A stretch of 64,000 nucleotides of DNA from Escherichia coli (lineage in GTDB: Bacteria > Pseudomonadota > Gammaproteobacteria > Enterobacterales > Enterobacteriaceae): the NCBI RefSeq assembly GCF_011045215.1, contig NZ_CP049201.1; one strand, written 5' to 3'. Below, in pieces: positions 60,163 to 64,000 of the stretch. The notes below the pieces were generated by a model. That model was given only the letters and a program-made list of their open reading frames with translations, searched no databases and was not told the DNA's origin. A program made the position numbers and the translations under genes. The first letter of the stretch is position 1. The number at the start of each line of letters is the position of its first letter.

Positions 60163-62079
60163 TTATCCTCCACTCAGTGCAGCCGCGATCTCTTCCATGC
60201 TCATATCATCCTCATCCTGCTCATCTCTTCGTGCCCTCGCCAGCGCTTCAAGGTCCAGTTGCCACCGCTGTACCGAAACGCGCAGGGCGGCATAAGCATA
60301 TACCAGGCAGTCGAGGGCTTCGTTGCGTCGCCCTTTTTTATCCCACAGCAGTTTCACCCTGCCGTTAACCACCTTTTCCACCAGTTCTTCCGCTACGATT
60401 TGACGCGCCTCTTCTTCCGAAAAAATGTCCGGGTTATCCGGAAAACGGAAGGTATACGGGGCTGCTTCACTTGCAGAAACCACCGGCAGGGCAAAACGCG
60501 CATACAGCATTTCCTTGACGGTATCGGAGCCCACCTCACACAAAAACACACCACGCTGGTTGCGCTTTTTGGGCATGGTGATCACCGGCTTGCCATACAC
60601 CGATGCCCCTTTTATGGGAAGCACAAAAAAAGTGCCGTGTTTCCTGGAACGCTGATACACAATGTCCTGGTCGATACCACCGGTATCCCAGCAGACGCGG
60701 GAAATGGAAATTTCAGTACCGTCAGCATGGCGGTATTTTTTCCGGATCACCGCATCAACACGTTTAAGGGTGTCCTCGTCCTCCGGTCGCCCCATGATAA
60801 TTTGCTTGTCAATCAGAAAGGCTTCTTCGCCGGGAGCCCAGCCCCAGACATAAATTTCATAGCGATCTTTCTGGGAGTCGATCCCGGCAGTCAGGTAAAC
60901 CACCCGCAGGGGAACCTGCGCATCATAGTGGCAGACTTTTTCCAGCAACAACTCAAAGCTCAGTTTTTCTGCCACGGCCTCTTCATAGGGCTCCCCGAGC
61001 GTGGTGTTAATAAACGTCTTGACACCGTTCGGATCCTTCAGCGCATCCAGCCAGTCATAAACAATCTGTACCCAGGTGGTGAACGGACTGTACGCTGTCC
61101 ACACGTGGTACGTGATTGAGCGCGGTGGCGGCATCTCCTCATCACCGGCGCTGTAAAATGCCAGGCCGTCACGCGTCCACATCCCGGTATTGTCACAAAT
61201 CCAGCGCCCGTCGGTCTGGTCAAGCTCCGACTGCCGGATCACACAGCCATTATGTTCACACAGGTAATACACCGTTTCCGGTTTACCCTTCTCCCATTTC
61301 AGGCCAAAGGTTGTCGCATCATCGCCAAACTTAAGATACTGGGCTTCACCACAATGAGGGCATGGCACATAAAACCGCATAAAATGTGCAGATTCGTTCG
61401 CGGCTTTTTCAATCTGACAGGAACCTTTAATTTTTGGCGTTGAGCCGCGTATGGATTTAGGCCATACCGAACCTTCGATACGTTTATCGCCAAGCAGCGT
61501 TGGCGAGCCTTCCTTTTCCACATCCGGTTCAAACGAGGAGAGTTCGTCATAGCAGACCACATCCACTGATTTTTCACGGTAGTTTTTAGCAGCGGCACCC
61601 CCCAGGCACCAGAACCCCACGCCGGAGGAGAAACGCTTCAGGGTGAGTGTGTTGTCACGATGTTTTCTGCCCAGCCATGGCGATAACGCTTTAAGGCTGG
61701 GGACATCCCGGAGCGTTGCTTCCACATGCGCTTTCATAAAATCTTCAGCTGCGGAATCTGTCGGCTGGAAGAGCAGGCTGTTACGGGATTTATGCTCAAT
61801 AAAATACCCGACCACGCCCAGCAGCATTTTGGTGTAACCCACACGCGCCGATTTAATCAGATTAACAGTGCGGATCCTGTCGTGCCCCATGCTGTTCATA
61901 ATGGCGACCTGGAACGGCAGTGTTTTCCATTCCCCATCACCGTATGACGATTCTTTAGGCAGATAATAATTTTGATCAGCCCATTCAACTGCCGTCATCG
62001 GTACAACCCTGACCAGAGGCTGCAGCGCAACTGAAACAGCAGCCATCATATTATTCAGCTGTAGTTCGGATATATTCAT
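60163..62079 (-). CDS. Terminase large subunit (lambda gpA-like)
   Basis: ORF track 60163..62115; start taken at MNISELQ (ATG 62079); extensive match to recalled lambda A (TAVEWAD.NYYLPKES, KRIEGSVWPKSIRGSTPK, WTAYSPFTTWVQIV). Confidence 0.95.
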   Translation of the reverse strand: MNISELQLNNMMAAVSVALQPLVRVVPMTAVEWADQNYYLPKESSYGDGEWKTLPFQVAIMNSMGHDRIRTVNLIKSARVGYTKMLLGVVGYFIEHKSRNSLLFQPTDSAAEDFMKAHVEATLRDVPSLKALSPWLGRKHRDNTLTLKRFSSGVGFWCLGGAAAKNYREKSVDVVCYDELSSFEPDVEKEGSPTLLGDKRIEGSVWPKSIRGSTPKIKGSCQIEKAANESAHFMRFYVPCPHCGEAQYLKFGDDATTFGLKWEKGKPETVYYLCEHNGCVIRQSELDQTDGRWICDNTGMWTRDGLAFYSAGDEEMPPPRSITYHVWTAYSPFTTWVQIVYDWLDALKDPNGVKTFINTTLGEPYEEAVAEKLSFELLLEKVCHYDAQVPLRVVYLTAGIDSQKDRYEIYVWGWAPGEEAFLIDKQIIMGRPEDEDTLKRVDAVIRKKYRHADGTEISISRVCWDTGGIDQDIVYQRSRKHGTFFVLPIKGASVYGKPVITMPKKRNQRGVFLCEVGSDTVKEMLYARFALPVVSASEAAPYTFRFPDNPDIFSEEEARQIVAEELVEKVVNGRVKLLWDKKGRRNEALDCLVYAYAALRVSVQRWQLDLEALARARRDEQDEDDMSMEEIAAALSGG

Positions 62080-62560
62080 CGAGTAACTCCGGCAATTTAT
62101 CCCCTGTCCGCGCACACTGATTCGCGCCTTTTGCGATAAGGGTTTTCAGATAATCGATATGACGCGGGGTTAAATCCGGGAACTGTCGCTGCATGGATAA
62201 AGGAATGGAATCAAGCGTACTGGACAATGCCATCGCCAGTTTGCTGAGAGCGAAAACGCAGAACCCAGAATCAATGAGCTTGCCTTCGGTTACCTGATTT
62301 TTTAATTGCTGTGCTATTGCCTGTTCTTCAGTCAATTTCCATCTGGCGATAAGTAATTTTTCTTCGTAATCGCTATTTCCATCGTCATCAGTATCGCTTC
62401 TTCCTTTGCGTTTAAGGTATGAAATATAAAAATATCGCCAGGCATCAATATCGTATTCACCACGCTTTCGATTTTTTGGCGCTCCCGGGTGCTTCTGAAG
62501 ATCCCGCAACCAGCGTTCAGTTATACCAAGATGCTCGGCTACCTCCGCCTGCGTTGCCAT
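62051..62560 (-). CDS. Terminase small subunit (Nu1-like, prophage copy)
   Basis: 169-aa ORF upstream of terL; C-terminal half similar to the element TerS; N-terminal domain distinct. Confidence 0.8.
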   Translation of the reverse strand: MATQAEVAEHLGITERWLRDLQKHPGAPKNRKRGEYDIDAWRYFYISYLKRKGRSDTDDDGNSDYEEKLLIARWKLTEEQAIAQQLKNQVTEGKLIDSGFCVFALSKLAMALSSTLDSIPLSMQRQFPDLTPRHIDYLKTLIAKGANQCARTGDKLPELLDEYIRTTAE

Positions 62561-62699
62561 ACACCCTCTTTAGCTGTTCACTTTACACTCAACTCCGTTT
62601 TTGCCGCTATTTTCCCACAAACTGGTCGGACTTCCGGTTTTCTTGATAACTAAAAACAATATAATCAATTGGTTAGATAATTAAAAAACCGGAAGTGGA

Positions 62700-62776
62700 A
62701 CTCGAAAAATTTTCATAAATAGCGCGTTTTTGCGCGTCCTACGACCCCCGGTGTTTCAGATTCCGGAAAGGACCCG
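62700..62776. other. Lambda-like cos site of the prophage
   Basis: CTCGAAAAATTTTCATAAATAGCGCG ... GCGCGTCCTACGACCCCCGG ... GGAAAGGACCCG; reverse complement parallels the lambda cos junction; about 180 bp upstream of Nu1-like gene. Confidence 0.65.
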
Positions 62777-63421
62777 CGCAAATGAGAGCATTTATCATTA
62801 ACATTTACAGATAAGATGACGTACATCATTGCAACGCCATTCAGCCATATACCTGTGGCATTCGTTGTTGCACTCCGTAACCCTGCGACTAAAGTTGAAA
62901 GCATGGCCATCTTTTGCCACCGGCAAATCTTCAATGGATTTCCCCTGCCGGTTTTTTATTTTCGTCGATGCATAACATTGCATTTACATCAATACCGTCT
63001 ATTGTCATAAGTATGTTGTACCGATGCTCGGGTGATATTGGCGGTCTTCGCCAGCCGGTTCTGTGTAGCTGCTCCCTGTGACCGGTTTTTTATTTCTCAC
63101 ATTATCGCAGCCCCTCACTGAAGGGCTGCTGTAATGCCTGTTACTCACAAATCAAACGAACATGCTGACCACTCATTTCAATGCGTAAGTATTGTGGCTT
63201 GCCGTCAATCAACGCGGTGATTAACTTGTCACCTGTAGGTTTCCACATAATTTTCTCCTGTTTTAATGCCCCTTGCCGCCGGGCAGTTGATCAAAGTTCA
63301 TCTTGATTCGACAAGATTTAGAATGAATAAGATAAAATTGGCACAAGCAGCAGAATTTCATGCTTTCTGGACGCTGGCGCACCCTTCATTTTTCAGCAAA
63401 ATATTCTGCTCTTACAGGCGA

Positions 63422-63646
63422 TCAGTTCTGCATACACTGCCGAACACCGTCGACAATTTCACAGACCTGAGAAGCTGTATCGAAAAGCTGGCGCGCCTTA
63501 TCCAGGCTGACGCACCCCACCAATAAAAAAGGCACCAGTATCGCTACCAGTGCCCATTTCGCCGCCGTTCGCGGCATTCTGTGTGTCCAGTGTTTTCGGC
63601 TCATGTCACCACCACCTGACCGCACTAACCAACTGTGCAATACCAT
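63422..63646 (-). CDS. Putative small lipoprotein
   Basis: Hydrophobic leader ending in lipobox-like LLVGC; start uncertain; function unknown. Confidence 0.35.
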   Translation of the reverse strand: MVLHSWLVRSGGGDMSRKHWTHRMPRTAAKWALVAILVPFLLVGCVSLDKARQLFDTASQVCEIVDGVRQCMQN

Positions 63647-63821
63647 ACAAACACAAGCAAAACGCTCCAGCCTTGATTAACCAGGCGGTAGCTACACTGA
63701 TTTCGCTCGTCACCGGAGCTTTCAGTTCAGGGCCGTTTTTCATTGTCAACCTCAGCAGTATTCTTTTATACTTTCCCACGAGGATTTTTTCCGTATTCAC
63801 TGAGCACAATTTCCTTTTCAT
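63606..63821 (-). CDS. Hypothetical small protein with C-terminal hydrophobic segment
   Basis: 71-aa ORF overlapping the lipoprotein ORF in another frame. Confidence 0.3.
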   Translation of the reverse strand: MKRKLCSVNTEKILVGKYKRILLRLTMKNGPELKAPVTSEISVATAWLIKAGAFCLCLYGIAQLVSAVRWW

Positions 63822-63838
63822 CGCGTGATAACTAAAAA

Positions 63839-63875
63839 CCCCGGACTGTTCCAGCAGCCGGGGTTTTATTTTTTT
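63839..63875. terminator. Bidirectional hairpin terminator
   Basis: CCCCGG..CCGGGG stem with flanking A-run and T-run, immediately after the stop of the partial gene at the window end. Confidence 0.5.
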
Positions 63876-64000
63876 ATTTACTGGTATGAGTGCGGCATCG
63901 GGCTATTTCATTCCGGGCCTTACTGTCACCGCGACAGATGCAACGCACCGTATCGCCGTTCAGTGTGGTAATGTAAGCCTCATCCTCTTTTTCTACCGGA
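63874..64000 (-). CDS. 3' end of a gene continuing beyond the window (Cys-rich C-terminus)
   Basis: Minus-strand frame ...VEKEDEAYITTLNGDTVRCICRGDSKARNEIARCRTHTSK-stop; start outside window. Confidence 0.3.
   Translation of the reverse strand, partial: PVEKEDEAYITTLNGDTVRCICRGDSKARNEIARCRTHTSK

Larger units (their letters stand above)
28765..64000. mobile_element. Prophage (P2-like contractile tail module plus lambda-like head module), extends beyond window end
   Basis: Breaks E. coli synteny after yciE at the ompW fragment; continuous phage structural and packaging genes to window end. Confidence 0.85.

Overview
The window has two parts. (1) 1-28.6 kb is a conserved Escherichia coli chromosomal segment, recognised by gene order and protein sequence: osmB (3' end), yciH, pyrF, lapB, lapA, pgpB, ribA, acnA, yciX/ymiA, cysB, topA, yciN, sohB, yciK, btuR, rluB, yciQ, yciO, trpH(rnm), then the complete trp operon (promoter/operator, trpL leader, attenuator, trpEDCBA, terminator), yciG, yciF, yciE. 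(2) From about 28.77 kb to the window end is a prophage whose junction lies in a duplicated 3' fragment of ompW. It is mosaic: a P2-like contractile-tail module (V W J I H G, sheath, tube, E/E', T, U, X, D, plus a second Stf/Tfa fibre pair) and a lambda-like head/packaging module (cos, Nu1, A, W, B, C, D, E, FI, FII). The main finding is an 11.1-kb element (about 42340-53492) that sits between the head and tail modules and splits a tail-completion gene in frame, flanked by a 9-bp direct repeat (CAAAAGAGA). It carries a P4-type tyrosine integrase, an AlpA-like regulator, a Bro-N protein, an RHH regulator with an AT-rich membrane protein, a RepA/DnaB-like helicase with adjacent iterons, an SSB, its own lambda-like cos site and small terminase subunit, and divergent paralogues of the helper's major capsid (gpE) and decoration (gpD) proteins, but no portal, protease, large terminase or tail genes. 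I interpret it as a cos-packaged phage satellite (PICI-like) inserted in its probable helper prophage. All calls rest on reading the sequence and recalled protein families; no database search was run, and coordinates of starts may be off by a few codons.
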